Shown: positions 36,100 to 46,029 of the stretch, one piece after another
How the letters are laid out: the number at the start of each line of letters is the position of its first letter
How positions within the stretch are numbered: the stretch's first letter is position 1
NCBI GenBank assembly: GCA_049585415.1
Contig: JBAUZT010000027.1
Location: 993-64,992 of the forward strand
Reading direction: 5' to 3'
From: Thermoplasmata archaeon
Lineage (GTDB): Archaea > Thermoplasmatota > Thermoplasmata > Lutacidiplasmatales > UBA184
Length of the DNA stretch: 64,000 nt
Notes under the pieces: generated by a model
Databases searched by the model: none
What the model saw: the letters and a program-made list of their open reading frames with translations, nothing else
What the model was told of the DNA's origin: nothing
Program-made: the position numbers and the translations under genes

Positions 36100-37010
36100 C
36101 AGTGCCTCGTGCCCAGCTGGGCGATCCGGCGATCGCGCCGGGCCACGAGTCCGGGCGAGATGAGATTCCGAGTCGTCGCGTCCGCCCGGATCGCGATCGC
36201 GGCGATCGCCCCGAGGCTGCGCGCATACGCTCCCCGCCGGCCGGGGGGAACGGCCGCCATCCCATCGGCCCGGTACAGTAGACCGTATCGCGGCCCGCGC
36301 TCGGGAGAGGGGCGGCGGCGCGTCCCGAGGAGCTGAATCCGTCCGGCCCGCATGCGCGCGAGGGCGGACACGCCCCCCGCTGCGGCCACGAGCCGAGCGG
36401 CGGTACGCTCGCCCACGACGGCGGCCAGGTTGGGTACGACTCGCCGTGCGTGCGCGCGCACCAGCTCGTCGAGCGACCCGTGGTGCCGAGCCAGCGCGGC
36501 GCGCACCTCCGTCCATTCGCGGGCGTACTGCGCCAGGGGGGATGCGGCGACCGTCAGGAAGGATTCGGCCGCACGTTCCTCTCGTCCCACTGCGCGTTCG
36601 AGCCGCTCCTCCTCGCGGGTCAGCGTGATCAGGATCTCTTCGGGGGTCTGCAACATCCGTTCCAACTCGAGGCGGGCCGTAGCGAGCAGGAACTGTCGTT
36701 CCTCCGCCGGGTCCCACGGCGGAAGTGCCCGGCGGGCCCGGCGGAGGTCCGGGAGGATGGCGAGGGCGACGGGACGCGCGACCTCCTCGGCGATCTCCTT
36801 CCGGAGCCGGTCGGTGGCGGCGCTGACGCCGACGTGGTCCGGCAGGGAGTGAATGGCATCGACCAGCGGGGTCGGAATTCGTGCCGGGGAGGGTCGTCCC
36901 CGAGGAGATCCTCCCACTTCCGCGGGGCGGGCGTATTCGATGGGTCGACCCGCGGCCGACGGGACTAGAAAGAGCGACGGGCCCCGTTCCACGACGACGG
37001 CGTTCGCCAC
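36099..37010 (-). CDS. nop5: C/D box snoRNP protein Nop5 (Nop56/58)
   Basis: C-terminal NOP domain GAYARSLGAIAAIAIRAD. Its stop overlaps the fibrillarin start by 1 nt, the classic nop5-flpA operon. Confidence 0.85.
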   Translation of the reverse strand: MANAVVVERGPSLFLVPSAAGRPIEYARPAEVGGSPRGRPSPARIPTPLVDAIHSLPDHVGVSAATDRLRKEIAEEVARPVALAILPDLRRARRALPPWDPAEERQFLLATARLELERMLQTPEEILITLTREEERLERAVGREERAAESFLTVAASPLAQYAREWTEVRAALARHHGSLDELVRAHARRVVPNLAAVVGERTAARLVAAAGGVSALARMRAGRIQLLGTRRRPSPERGPRYGLLYRADGMAAVPPGRRGAYARSLGAIAAIAIRADATTRNLISPGLVARRDRRIAQLGTRH

Positions 37011-37013
37011 ACC

Positions 37014-38420
37014 CTAGAACTCCTCGAGCGACTTCTGGAAGCGATGGTGCTCTTCCGGCACGTCGACCGGATACTTTCCCGTGAGACAACCGAGGCAGAG
37101 GCTTTCCGCGGGAAGCGTGATCGACTCTACGAGTCCGGCCATCGATAGATAGTGGACGGAGTCCGCACCGATCACGGACGCGACCTCGGCCTCATTCCGT
37201 CCGTTCGCCACGAGCTGCCCGCGGTCCTTCATGTCGACGCCGAAGTAGCAGGGGGCTCGGATCGGCGGGCATCCGATCCGTACATCTACGCGGGTCGCCC
37301 CCGCGCCGCGGACCATCCCCACGATCTCGCGGAGCGTCGTTCCTCGGACGATGGAGTCGTCGAGCAGGACGACGCGTTTGCCTTTCAAAAGACCGGGGAC
37401 CGGATGGAGCTTCACGCGAACCTCCGACTCCCGTCGCTTCTGGTCCGGAAGGATGAAGGTCCGCTCGACGAACCGGTTCTTGATCAGGGCTTCGGCGTAG
37501 GGGATCTTCGACCCCTCGGAGAAGCCCAGCGCTTGCGGACGGGCGGAATCGGGGACGGGAACGACAATGTCGGCCTCGACCGGCGCCTCTTTCGCGAGAC
37601 GCATGCCAATGCGGTGCCGGACATCGTAGATCGGGACGTTCTCGGCGATCGAGTCCGGCCGGGAGAAGTAGACCCATTCGAACATGCAATGCGCCCGTTC
37701 GCCCGAACTCGGCATCCGCGAGGTCCGCGCGAGCTGGCCCTTCTCGAGCACGACGACCTCGCCGGGCAGCACGTCCCGAACGGACTTGCCGCCCATGAGC
37801 TCGAGCGCGACGGATTCGCTCGCGACCGCGACGCCGCCCTCGACCGTCCCGTAGACGAGGGGGCGGATCCCGAGCGGGTCGCGGAACGCGTAGATCCGGT
37901 TGCCGACGATCATCACGACCGCATACCCTCCGATCAGCTCGGGGCAGGCGCGTCGGATCGCCGAATCCAGGTCGCGCGTGACGTTGAACTCGAGGGCGAT
38001 CGCCTGAGCGATCGTCTCGGTGTCGGCGTTGCCGAGGAGCTCCACGCCCTGGATCTGGATCCGGCGGCGGATCCGCTCGTAGTTCACGAGGTCGCCGTTC
38101 GCGGCGAGCGCGGCGTCCTGCTCTCGGACCTTGAAGACGATCGGCTGCGCGTTCTCGAGGTCGGTCGACCCCGTGGTCGGATACCGGACGTGACCGATCC
38201 CGGTCGAGCCGCGCAGGGAGTCGAGCATCTCCTGCGTGAAGATCTCGTGGACGAGTCCCATCCCCTTACGGTGGTGGAGCACGCCGTGGCTCGTGGTGGC
38301 GATGCCCGACGACTCTTGTCCCCGATGCTGGAGGGCGCGGAGTCCGCGGAAAAGGTAGGGGGCGGCGCCCTTTCCTTGGAGCGAGACGCCCACGACCCCG
38401 CAATGATCTCGCGCCGGCAT
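37014..38420 (-). CDS. purF: Amidophosphoribosyltransferase
   Basis: N-terminal nucleophile CGVVGV after a short propeptide. PRTase domain. Confidence 0.9.
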   Translation of the reverse strand: MPARDHCGVVGVSLQGKGAAPYLFRGLRALQHRGQESSGIATTSHGVLHHRKGMGLVHEIFTQEMLDSLRGSTGIGHVRYPTTGSTDLENAQPIVFKVREQDAALAANGDLVNYERIRRRIQIQGVELLGNADTETIAQAIALEFNVTRDLDSAIRRACPELIGGYAVVMIVGNRIYAFRDPLGIRPLVYGTVEGGVAVASESVALELMGGKSVRDVLPGEVVVLEKGQLARTSRMPSSGERAHCMFEWVYFSRPDSIAENVPIYDVRHRIGMRLAKEAPVEADIVVPVPDSARPQALGFSEGSKIPYAEALIKNRFVERTFILPDQKRRESEVRVKLHPVPGLLKGKRVVLLDDSIVRGTTLREIVGMVRGAGATRVDVRIGCPPIRAPCYFGVDMKDRGQLVANGRNEAEVASVIGADSVHYLSMAGLVESITLPAESLCLGCLTGKYPVDVPEEHHRFQKSLEEF

Positions 38421-38505
38421 GGCTCGACCGAGGGCGAGAGCGGGGCCTCCCGGTGGAGCCACTCGGCCCCGCTTCTTAAGCGAAGCGGACGCGGTGACGC
38501 GACCT

Positions 38506-38817
38506 TCACCCGAAAAGGGCCGAAAGGCCCTCGGCGGCCTCTTCCTCGGTGACGCCCTTCTCTTCCTTCTTCTCTTCTTCCTTCTTCTCGCCCTTCGCGT
38601 CCTTCTTGTCGGCGGGCGCGGCGGGGGCCGGAGCGCTGAACGTCTCGGCCTTCGCGAGGACCTCGGTCAGGTTCACGCCTTCGAGCGAGGCGATGAGCGC
38701 CTTGACGCGCGCCGCGTCGGGCGTCGATCCCGCAGCGGTCAGGACCCCCGTGAGGGCCTTCTCATCAATCGGCTTTCCGGCGGCGTTGAGCAGCAGCGCA
38801 CCATACACGTACTCCAT
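38506..38817 (-). CDS. rpl12: 50S ribosomal stalk protein P1 (L12e)
   Basis: [10 protein letters not shown] start. C-terminal acidic tail [13 protein letters not shown]. Confidence 0.85.
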   Translation of the reverse strand: MEYVYGALLLNAAGKPIDEKALTGVLTAAGSTPDAARVKALIASLEGVNLTEVLAKAETFSAPAPAAPADKKDAKGEKKEEEKKEEKGVTEEEAAEGLSALFG

Positions 38818-38848
38818 TTTTCTCACTCCGTGGACTTCGGGGGGACCC

Positions 38849-39709
38849 TCAGTTGCCTATCAATTTACCGACCGCTGCCGCCTCGTGCATCGCCTTCGCG
38901 AAGAGGGGCTCGATCGTCTCCTTCGTGACGTAACCGGCCGCGAGGGCGAGCCCGAGGGCGCGCCGATGGGCCTTGGTGACGAGGAGGGGAAGCGTTTCCG
39001 GGGTGGCGTATCCGATCTCGAGGGCGAGTCCGAGTGCGCCGCGCGCCGCTCGAGCGAGGTCGGCGCGCCGGGCGTCCAAGTCGACGTTGAGCACTTCGGG
39101 GGGGTAGAACGTCTCCCCGTCGACGACCGCGCGCAGGCTGAGTCCGACTTCGAGCGGAAAGATCTCGAGTCGGGTGAGGAGTCCCGCGACCTCGCGCGAG
39201 ATCGTCCCCCCGGCCTTGACGATCAGGGTGTCCTTCTTCAGGACGACCTTGCCCTTCTCGATCGCGGCGGGGAAGCCCGCGTGTTGAAGCTCACCGACGA
39301 TCGGGCCCGGCTTGAAGCTGGTCGTGCCGGCGGGCACCAGGATGTCGTTCGGGGCGGTCTCCCCGCCGCGCGCCGGCGTAGGAGAACGGGTTCGAGCGAA
39401 CTCTTGGTAGAGCGAGAACGGATTTCCCTCCGCGGCCAGCACCGCGGTCTGGTCCTGGACCTGGTCGAGGAGGGGTTTCAGCGAGGCACGTTTCTTCGAG
39501 GCGTTCTCGAGAGCGTGGCGGATCGACGTGTTCGTCGCGACCTGGATCGGATGTCCCCGGTCGCGGAGCTCGCGTCGCATCGACTGGAGCGCCGCTCCCG
39601 GCACTCCGCGGATCCCGACCACGGCCGTCATCGGTCGCGAGAGGAGGACTTGCTCGAGCGCCTCGACGGAGGCGAGACGTTCCGGAGGGACCGAACCACG
39701 ACCGGGCAT
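38849..39709 (-). CDS. rpl10: 50S ribosomal protein P0 (L10)
   Basis: L10 N-terminal domain ([12 protein letters not shown]) and P0 insertion domain. Confidence 0.85.
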   Translation of the reverse strand: MPGRGSVPPERLASVEALEQVLLSRPMTAVVGIRGVPGAALQSMRRELRDRGHPIQVATNTSIRHALENASKKRASLKPLLDQVQDQTAVLAAEGNPFSLYQEFARTRSPTPARGGETAPNDILVPAGTTSFKPGPIVGELQHAGFPAAIEKGKVVLKKDTLIVKAGGTISREVAGLLTRLEIFPLEVGLSLRAVVDGETFYPPEVLNVDLDARRADLARAARGALGLALEIGYATPETLPLLVTKAHRRALGLALAAGYVTKETIEPLFAKAMHEAAAVGKLIGN

Positions 39710-39719
39710 GCGCGCTCCT

Positions 39720-40358
39720 CTACCACAACCGGACGGCGGGGCCCATCGTCGTCTTGACGAACACCGACTCGATGTTGGTCCGTCCCCGTTCCAGCTTTCC
39801 GACGATCCGGTTCAGCACGGCGTCGACGTTCTGGGCGATCTGCTCGGGTTTCATCGCGCGGGTGCCGACCGGTGCATGGAACGTCCGATTCCCCTTCGAA
39901 CGGATCCGGATGGACTTCTTGAGGGCGTTGACGAGGTTCGTCGGGTCCGACCCGGGGGGTACCGGCCGGGGCATTTTTCCCCGGGGGCCCAGGACGAGCC
40001 CGAGGCGCTTACCGATCGTCGGCATCATCGGGGCTTCCGCGAGGAAGAAGTCGATATCGGTCACGACCTTCTTGGCCGCCTTCTTGTCCTTGGCGAAATC
40101 GTCAAGTTCGTTCGACGGAACGACGAGGTCCGCGACCCCGCGGACCTTCTGACAGAGTTCCGGAGATCCGAAGACGGCGACCTTCACGGTCTTGCCGCGT
40201 CCGTTCGGGAGCAGTACCTCATCCTCGAGACGGTTCTTCGGGATCGACAGGTCGAGGTCCTTCAGGTTCACGGAGAGCTCGACCGTCTCGGAAAAGCTCC
40301 GCTCGGGAGCCTTCCCGAGGGCCTCCGTGACGACCTCGAGCGCGGCGCGATCTGCCAT
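39720..40358 (-). CDS. rpl1: 50S ribosomal protein L1
   Basis: C-terminal 212 codons of track ORF 39720..40979 (MADRAALEV...GPRGKMP...). The rest is shadow. Confidence 0.85.
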   Translation of the reverse strand: MADRAALEVVTEALGKAPERSFSETVELSVNLKDLDLSIPKNRLEDEVLLPNGRGKTVKVAVFGSPELCQKVRGVADLVVPSNELDDFAKDKKAAKKVVTDIDFFLAEAPMMPTIGKRLGLVLGPRGKMPRPVPPGSDPTNLVNALKKSIRIRSKGNRTFHAPVGTRAMKPEQIAQNVDAVLNRIVGKLERGRTNIESVFVKTTMGPAVRLW

Positions 40359-40531
40359 TTCTCCTCTGGAGCGCGGCCGCCGAGCAGGCTTTGCTACATA
40401 AGTCTTCGGGCTGAGCGCTGACGGTAGAACGCGCGGAACTCGGGGGAAGATCGCGAGTTTCGACCCTCGAGCCGACGCCCGGACGTCGCGCGACCGCCGG
40501 GCCATTCCTCGGCGAGGACGCGCCCGAGACC

Positions 40532-40539
40532 CTATATAG
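40532..40539 (+). promoter_or_regulatory. TATA box (CTATATAG) about 28 nt upstream of the L44e ATG
   Basis: AT-rich octamer in a GC-rich intergenic region. The spacing implies a leaderless mRNA. Confidence 0.45.
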
Positions 40540-40562
40540 GAAGGCCGGTTCGCGGGCCCCCG

Positions 40563-40847
40563 ATGCACTATCCAAAGGTCGTGTCCACGTATTGCCCGAA
40601 GTGCAAGGTGCACACCCCGCACGACGTGGAGAAGGCGAAGAAGCGGCCCGCCTCCGAAATGAAGTGGGGGCAGCGGCGGTTCCGACGCGCGACCCGGGGC
40701 TACGGAGGGTTCCCCCGTCCGAAGCCCGAGGGTCGAGCGAAGGCGGTGCGCCGAGTTAACCTTCGGTTCAAGTGCAAGAAGTGCGCCTACGTCGTCCAGC
40801 CGGCCAGCTGGCGCGCCAGCACCCTCGAACTCGTGGAGCACCACTAG
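40563..40847 (+). CDS. rpl44e: 50S ribosomal protein L44e
   Basis: C4 zinc ribbon (CPKC...CKKC) and highly basic; matches L44e. Confidence 0.85.
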   Translation: MHYPKVVSTYCPKCKVHTPHDVEKAKKRPASEMKWGQRRFRRATRGYGGFPRPKPEGRAKAVRRVNLRFKCKKCAYVVQPASWRASTLELVEHH

Positions 40848-40860
40848 AGAAGTGTTGGCG

Positions 40861-41037
40861 ATGCGAGGTCCGTCTCCGTTCTGGGTCGTGAAGTGTCCGG
40901 ACTGCTCGACCGAGCAGACGATCTTCAGCCGACCAGCGACCGTGGTCAACTGCGGAGTCTGCGGTGCGACCCTCGCCACGCCGACCGGTGGACAAGCGAA
41001 ACTCCGGGGGGAACTCGTCCGCCCCGTGACGGCCTAG
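40861..41037 (+). CDS. rps27e: 30S ribosomal protein S27e
   Basis: FWVVKCPDC...CGVCG zinc ribbon. Start taken at the internal ATG. Confidence 0.85.
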   Translation: MRGPSPFWVVKCPDCSTEQTIFSRPATVVNCGVCGATLATPTGGQAKLRGELVRPVTA

Positions 41038-41056
41038 GCCAGGAAACGGACCCGGA

Positions 41057-41833
41057 ATGCCGCTCCGAGCCGAGTACCCCGAAGAGGGCGACCTCGTCGT
41101 GGGGACCGTCACGTCGATCCGAAACTTCGGCGCGTTCGTGACGCTCGACGAATACGGGGGACGCGAGGCGTTCATCCACCTCTCCGAGGTCGCAACGGGC
41201 TGGGTCAAGTACATCCGCGACCACATTCGCGAGGGACAGAAGATCGTCGCCCGCGTCCTGCGTGTCGACCCGGCGAAGAGCCAGATCGACCTCTCCCTCA
41301 AGCGGATCAACGACCACCAACGCCGGGAGAAGACCCAGCAATGGAAGAACGAGGGGCGGGCGCTGCGGCTGGTCGAGCAGGTCGGCACCGCGCTCAAGAT
41401 CTCGCTCGACGAGGCGAGCGACCTCTTCGGCACGACGCTCGTCGAGAAGTACGGCTCCCTCTTCCAGGCGTTCGAGGTCGCGTCCGCCGATGCCCACCGC
41501 TTCCAGTCGGAGAACGAGAAGGCCCCGTGGGTCACGGCGTTCCTCAAGGTCGCCCGCGAGAACATCGTCCCGCCTCAGGTCACGATCCTCGGGACGCTCG
41601 AGGTCGCCGACCCGACCCCGAACGGGGTGGAGCACGTGCGGGCCGCCCTGCTCGCCGCCGAGGAAGTCGACCCCGAGTCCGTCGAGGTGCACTACGTCGG
41701 AGCGCCCAAGTACCGCGTGCGCGTGCTCGCGAGCCAGTACAAGCAAGCCGAGGAGACCCTCAAGAAGGCGACCGACGCCGCGTTGAAGTCGATCAAGGCC
41801 GCCGGCGGCGAGGGGACGTTCACCCGCCTATGA
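41057..41833 (+). CDS. eif2a: Translation initiation factor 2 alpha subunit (aIF2-alpha)
   Basis: N-terminal S1 domain (GDLVVGTVTSIRNFGAFVTL), helical domain and C-terminal alpha/beta domain. Confidence 0.9.
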   Translation: MPLRAEYPEEGDLVVGTVTSIRNFGAFVTLDEYGGREAFIHLSEVATGWVKYIRDHIREGQKIVARVLRVDPAKSQIDLSLKRINDHQRREKTQQWKNEGRALRLVEQVGTALKISLDEASDLFGTTLVEKYGSLFQAFEVASADAHRFQSENEKAPWVTAFLKVARENIVPPQVTILGTLEVADPTPNGVEHVRAALLAAEEVDPESVEVHYVGAPKYRVRVLASQYKQAEETLKKATDAALKSIKAAGGEGTFTRL

Positions 41834-42015
41834 CGGAATCCCTGCTCCAGGTCTGTCGGACCTGTTCGCGATACTCGATGCATTCGAAGTGCCCCAGCTG
41901 CGGGGGGGCCACGCGCACCCCCCACCCGGCCCGCTATGACCCTGCGGACCGTTACGGCAAATATCGTCGGATGCTGACCGAGGCAGCTCGACCACCGGCG
42001 GAGAGCGGAGCGTGA
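41830..42015 (+). CDS. nop10: H/ACA snoRNP protein Nop10
   Basis: 61 aa: CRTC...CPSCG zinc ribbon plus PHPARYDPADRYGKYRR. ATGA overlaps with both neighbours. Hidden inside track ORF 41341..42015. Confidence 0.85.
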   Translation: MTESLLQVCRTCSRYSMHSKCPSCGGATRTPHPARYDPADRYGKYRRMLTEAARPPAESGA

Positions 42016-42545
42016 TGGGCACGGCAGCCTCAATGCATCGGATCAAGGTCGTCAACGACGTGAGCGACCTCGTCTCGATCCTCCGAGCGGTCGACTCGCC
42101 GCTCAAGTTGCGACTCGTGCAACGGCTCGGCGAGAACTGGCTCACCGGTGAGGACGTCGAGCGCGAGTTCGGGAAGGAAGGGATGAAGGCACTCACGTTC
42201 TTCGAAAAGCTCCGCCTGATCGACACCCGCTGGGTCGCGCGCGAGGGGCGAAAGCAGCCCGACAAGAGCTACCACTTCTACTATTCGACGATCAACATCA
42301 ACACGACCTCGCCGCTCGCCGAGGTCTCGGAGATCCTCGCGATCGCGATGATGACCCCGAAGGAGTACGCGAAGCTCGAACAGAAGATCCATGACGCCGT
42401 CGGCCCCGAGGGGCGATTCTTTTCGGACGTCGCCGAGGAGCTCGGCATGTCGCCGACGCGCCTCAAGGGGCTCGTCAAGCGCTCGGACAAGCTGGAGTAC
42501 CGTGGACACCGGATCGAGCGATTCCAGGCGGAAGCGACGCCGTAG
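42012..42545 (+). CDS. Conserved hypothetical protein with a predicted winged-helix domain
   Basis: Protein-like composition. Sits in the conserved aIF2a-nop10-X-trm56 neighbourhood. Confidence 0.5.
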   Translation: MMGTAASMHRIKVVNDVSDLVSILRAVDSPLKLRLVQRLGENWLTGEDVEREFGKEGMKALTFFEKLRLIDTRWVAREGRKQPDKSYHFYYSTININTTSPLAEVSEILAIAMMTPKEYAKLEQKIHDAVGPEGRFFSDVAEELGMSPTRLKGLVKRSDKLEYRGHRIERFQAEATP

Positions 42546-42558
42546 GGCTCCGCCCGAA

Positions 42559-43074
42559 GTATCGGTCCTCCGGATCGGCCATCGCGCCGGGCGGGATCCG
42601 CGTCTCACCACCCACCTCGCGCTCGCGTCTCGGGCACTCGGAGCCGAACGGATGTTCCTGCATCCCCCGGACCCGGCCCTCTCGGCGAGGGTGGCGGCGC
42701 TGGGCCGGGGGTGGGGCGGCTCCTTCGAAATCGTGGGAGTCGAGGATTGGAAGTCGGTCCTCCGCTCTTCGACCGCCCTGGTCGTCCACCTCACGATGTA
42801 CGGCCGGCCGCTGGACGAGGCGCTTCCGCGGATCCGAAGCTCGTCGCGGGTGCTCCTAGTGGTGGGCGGGGCGAAGGTACCTCCCGATCTCTACCGTCTC
42901 GCCGACGTGAACGTCGCGGTCGGTCATCAACCCCACAGCGAAGTCGCCGCGGTGGCGGTGGTGCTCGATCGCCTTCGCGGAGTCCCGGGACCGCGGTCGT
43001 GGCCCGGCGCGGCTCGCCGGATCGTGCCGCAGTCGCGCGGAAAGAAGGTCGTCGCCGTGAAGGGAGCGAAATGA
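42559..43074 (+). CDS. tRNA (cytidine56-2'-O)-methyltransferase aTrm56 (SPOUT); start codon unresolved
   Basis: VLRIGHRAGRDPRLTTHLALASRALGAERMFL matches the aTrm56 N-terminus; C-terminal VHLTMYG motif. No ATG/GTG/TTG lies between the upstream stop (42545) and the first conserved residue. Confidence 0.55.
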   Translation, partial: VSVLRIGHRAGRDPRLTTHLALASRALGAERMFLHPPDPALSARVAALGRGWGGSFEIVGVEDWKSVLRSSTALVVHLTMYGRPLDEALPRIRSSSRVLLVVGGAKVPPDLYRLADVNVAVGHQPHSEVAAVAVVLDRLRGVPGPRSWPGAARRIVPQSRGKKVVAVKGAK

Positions 43075-44051
43075 CCGAGGTCCTGCCCCCGATCGCCGCG
43101 GGACATCTACCGATCGCGGCCCGCGCCCCGGGGAAGTGCATCGTCTTCGGCGAACACGCGATCGTGCACGGCGCCCCCGAGCTCGTCTTCGCGCTCGACC
43201 TCGAAACGCAGGTCTTCGTCCGGCCGTCAGCCGTCACGAAATTGAACGGGGACCCCGAGGCGGTTCGGAGTAACCCCTACTTCGCCCGCGCGCTCGACGC
43301 GCTGTGGTCGGACGGAGAGGCGATCGACGTGCGCGCCGTCTCTCGGATCCCGCGCGCCGCGGGCCTCGGCTCGTCCGCCGCTTTCGTGGCGGCGCTCACC
43401 GCTGCCTTGGGGTCCGCCACGGGAGGCATCGACCGTCCGACGCTGGCCTCCCGCAGCTTCCAGATCGAGCGCGGGGCACAGGGCGTCGGCAGTCCCGGGG
43501 ACACGACCGCCGTCGTCGGCGGGGGCTTTCTCGCGATCAACGGCGGAGCCGGCGAGCCGCTGTGGGCGGTCGAGAGCGCGGAGCGGCGTTGGGAGGTGCG
43601 ACGCGTCTCGGACCCCGGCTGGTTGTGGGTGGTCGCCCACACGGGGATCCCGCGCGCGACGGGGGACGCGGTACGCGCCGTGGGGGAGCGGCTCGCCCAG
43701 GCGGACGGGCCGCGATTGTTGGAAGAGTTCCGCCGCGTGGCCAACGAGGGGATGCGGGCCGTCGACCGCGCGGACCGCACGGGAGTGGCGGAACTGCTCC
43801 GTCAGAACCAGGAGCTCTTGCGGGAGGTCGGCGTCTCCCACCCGAGGATCGAAGAACTGATCCGGGCGGCGGAGCCGGTCGCCGAAGGAGCGAAACTTAC
43901 CGGCGCGGGGGCCGGGGGATCGATCGTGGTGCTGCCCGTGCCCGGGAAGGAGACGGAGCTGGTCCGTCGCTTGGCGAGAGCCGGGGGCCTGCCGTTCGTC
44001 GTCCGCCCGTCCCCGGAGGGTGCGAGCCTACTGCCGCCGCCCAGCGAGTGA
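43071..44051 (+). CDS. mvk: Mevalonate kinase (GHMP kinase)
   Basis: GKCIVFGEHAIVHG and PRAAGLGSSAA GHMP motifs. ATGA overlap with trm56. This is the internal start of track ORF 42711..44051. Confidence 0.85.
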   Translation: MTEVLPPIAAGHLPIAARAPGKCIVFGEHAIVHGAPELVFALDLETQVFVRPSAVTKLNGDPEAVRSNPYFARALDALWSDGEAIDVRAVSRIPRAAGLGSSAAFVAALTAALGSATGGIDRPTLASRSFQIERGAQGVGSPGDTTAVVGGGFLAINGGAGEPLWAVESAERRWEVRRVSDPGWLWVVAHTGIPRATGDAVRAVGERLAQADGPRLLEEFRRVANEGMRAVDRADRTGVAELLRQNQELLREVGVSHPRIEELIRAAEPVAEGAKLTGAGAGGSIVVLPVPGKETELVRRLARAGGLPFVVRPSPEGASLLPPPSE

Positions 44052-44067
44052 CGGGGGCGTCCGTCGA

Positions 44068-45264
44068 TTACTTTCGTGCGACGATCCGGATCACGGCGTT
44101 GGGCTCGACGGGATGATCCGCGGCGAGTGCGCGGTGCGTGCGGCCGTCGATCGCGCGGATGAAGTTCTTCCCGAGGTCCGAGTGTACGCGATAGGCGACC
44201 TCGCTCGCCGGGGTGCCGGCGGGCACCAGGAGGGCATCGGGGAGCACCCGACCCCGACTGTCGGTCCAGTGCGTCTCGTCCTCCACCGGATACACGACGA
44301 TCTGATGCAACCTTTCGTAGACCATCGATTCCAGCGCCGCCTGGACCCCCGTGGAGCCCCAGGTCGACAGGATCGTCCGGATCTCCTCGAGCGCCTTCCG
44401 TTGGCCGTCCGAGAGTCGGGCAGCGTCGTGGAGAGCGAACGAAGGGTCTCCGGGAGAGTACACGACCAGACCGGCTCGGGCCGCTTTGCGGAGCGTGAGC
44501 TCCGCCTCCGCCGACGTGGGCGTCGAGGGGGTCGGCACGACTTTCCGGGCGAACGCATCCGCGGTTTCCTTCGAAACGCGGTCGCACTTGTTCGCCGCGA
44601 CGATCCTCGGCTTCGCGACGCTGAGCAGTTCGCGGGCGAGCGCGACGCGGTCGGGCTCGGACCAGCGCGCCGGATGCAGCCGGTCGACGGGGACGGTCCG
44701 GAGCGCCGCGGAGATCGCGGACGCGGAGATCGATAGACCCGTGAGTCGCTGCGCCAGGAACTCCTCCACTTTCTTTCCGTCGAGCTCGGTCGAGCGCGCG
44801 TGACGCAGGAAATCGCGGGAGAGGATCTCTGCGACCCAAGCGACCAGCTCCTCCTCGAGCCAGACGACCTCCTCCGATGGGTCATGACTTCCTACGGGAA
44901 CCATTCGTCCTTCCGCGTCCGTCGCCCCGGAGAGGTCGACGACCTGCACGAACCCGTCGGCAGCGCGGAGGTCGTCCAGGAACTGATGGCCGAGGCCCTT
45001 TCCGGCGTGGGCTCCGGGCACGAGCCCGGGCACGTCGATCAGATTCACCGGGATCCAGCGGGTGCCGTTCACGCACTTCGCGTTCCCGGGGGTGCAGGGC
45101 ACGCCTTTCTCCGTGTGGGGGCAGGGCGCGCGGATCGCCGCGACCCCACGGTTCGGCACTGTCGTCGTGAACGGATAGGGGGCCATCGGCGCGTCGAGCA
45201 GCGTGAGCGCGTTGAAGAACGTCGATTTTCCGACGTTCGGTTTTCCGACGATGCCTACCTCCAC
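44068..45264 (-). CDS. YchF/OLA1-family ribosome-associated GTPase/ATPase
   Basis: IVGKPNVGKSTFFNALT G1 motif. C-terminal TGS/MoaD-like domain. Confidence 0.85.
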   Translation of the reverse strand: MEVGIVGKPNVGKSTFFNALTLLDAPMAPYPFTTTVPNRGVAAIRAPCPHTEKGVPCTPGNAKCVNGTRWIPVNLIDVPGLVPGAHAGKGLGHQFLDDLRAADGFVQVVDLSGATDAEGRMVPVGSHDPSEEVVWLEEELVAWVAEILSRDFLRHARSTELDGKKVEEFLAQRLTGLSISASAISAALRTVPVDRLHPARWSEPDRVALARELLSVAKPRIVAANKCDRVSKETADAFARKVVPTPSTPTSAEAELTLRKAARAGLVVYSPGDPSFALHDAARLSDGQRKALEEIRTILSTWGSTGVQAALESMVYERLHQIVVYPVEDETHWTDSRGRVLPDALLVPAGTPASEVAYRVHSDLGKNFIRAIDGRTHRALAADHPVEPNAVIRIVARK

Positions 45265-45286
45265 GAGACCGCCTCCCTGGAGTTCG

Positions 45287-45862
45287 CTAGGTCGAGTAGT
45301 CGGGAGCGACCTCGGTCACCCCGAGGGCGTGATTCGCCGCGAGCGCCAGTGCGAACAAAAGGTCGCTCAGTCGATTCGTCCACGTCAGCAGCTCGGGGCG
45401 CTGAGGTTCGGTGCGATTCAGCTCCCAGAGTTCGCGTTCCGCACGACGGGCCACCGTTCGCGCGACGTGCAGCTGCGCGGCGGCTCGGGATCCGCGGGGC
45501 AGCACAAAAGAACGCAACTCGGGGTGGGCGGCGTCGAACCGGTCGATGTCCGATTCCAACCGGGAGACGTGCCGAGATTCGATCCGGTGTGTGGGAGGTT
45601 TCGCGCCGGGGGTGACGGCGAGCTCGGATTGAGCGATGAAGAGCTCGTGTTCCAAGCGACGCACCGTCTGCCGAAAGTCGACGAGCGAGTCGGGAAGGTC
45701 GGTTTCGAGGAGACCGAGCTGGGCGCCCAACTCGTCGAAGGTACCGTACGCCCGGATCCGGGGCGAGTCCTTGTCTACGCGCGCACCACCGGCGAGACCC
45801 GTAGTGCCTCGGTCGCCGGTCCGGGTATAGAGCCGCGGGATACTCTCATCTCCGGCCGCCAC
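45287..45862 (-). CDS. PduO-type ATP:cob(I)alamin adenosyltransferase
   Basis: LYTRTGDRGTTGL N-terminal motif. Helical bundle with conserved Arg/Glu. Confidence 0.8.
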   Translation of the reverse strand: MAAGDESIPRLYTRTGDRGTTGLAGGARVDKDSPRIRAYGTFDELGAQLGLLETDLPDSLVDFRQTVRRLEHELFIAQSELAVTPGAKPPTHRIESRHVSRLESDIDRFDAAHPELRSFVLPRGSRAAAQLHVARTVARRAERELWELNRTEPQRPELLTWTNRLSDLLFALALAANHALGVTEVAPDYST

Positions 45863-46029
45863 GGAAGCGCGTCCAGCGGGGAACTCAAACCGTGAACGGG
45901 GCAGTACGAGATGTGCAGCACCTCATTATGCTTCGCGTCCTGTCGGCACAGTCGGCAGATGAACCCGCTTCGCTCGCTCCACGCCCTTCCGAGTGTCTCC
46001 ATTTTGCAATCCAACCCCACGTCGAGGAC

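Noticed and set aside
45775-46020. 81-aa ORF with a CRLC...CPVH Cys/His pattern
   Set aside because: It overlaps the well-supported N-terminus of the PduO adenosyltransferase by about 90 nt on the same strand in another frame. It is probably spurious.
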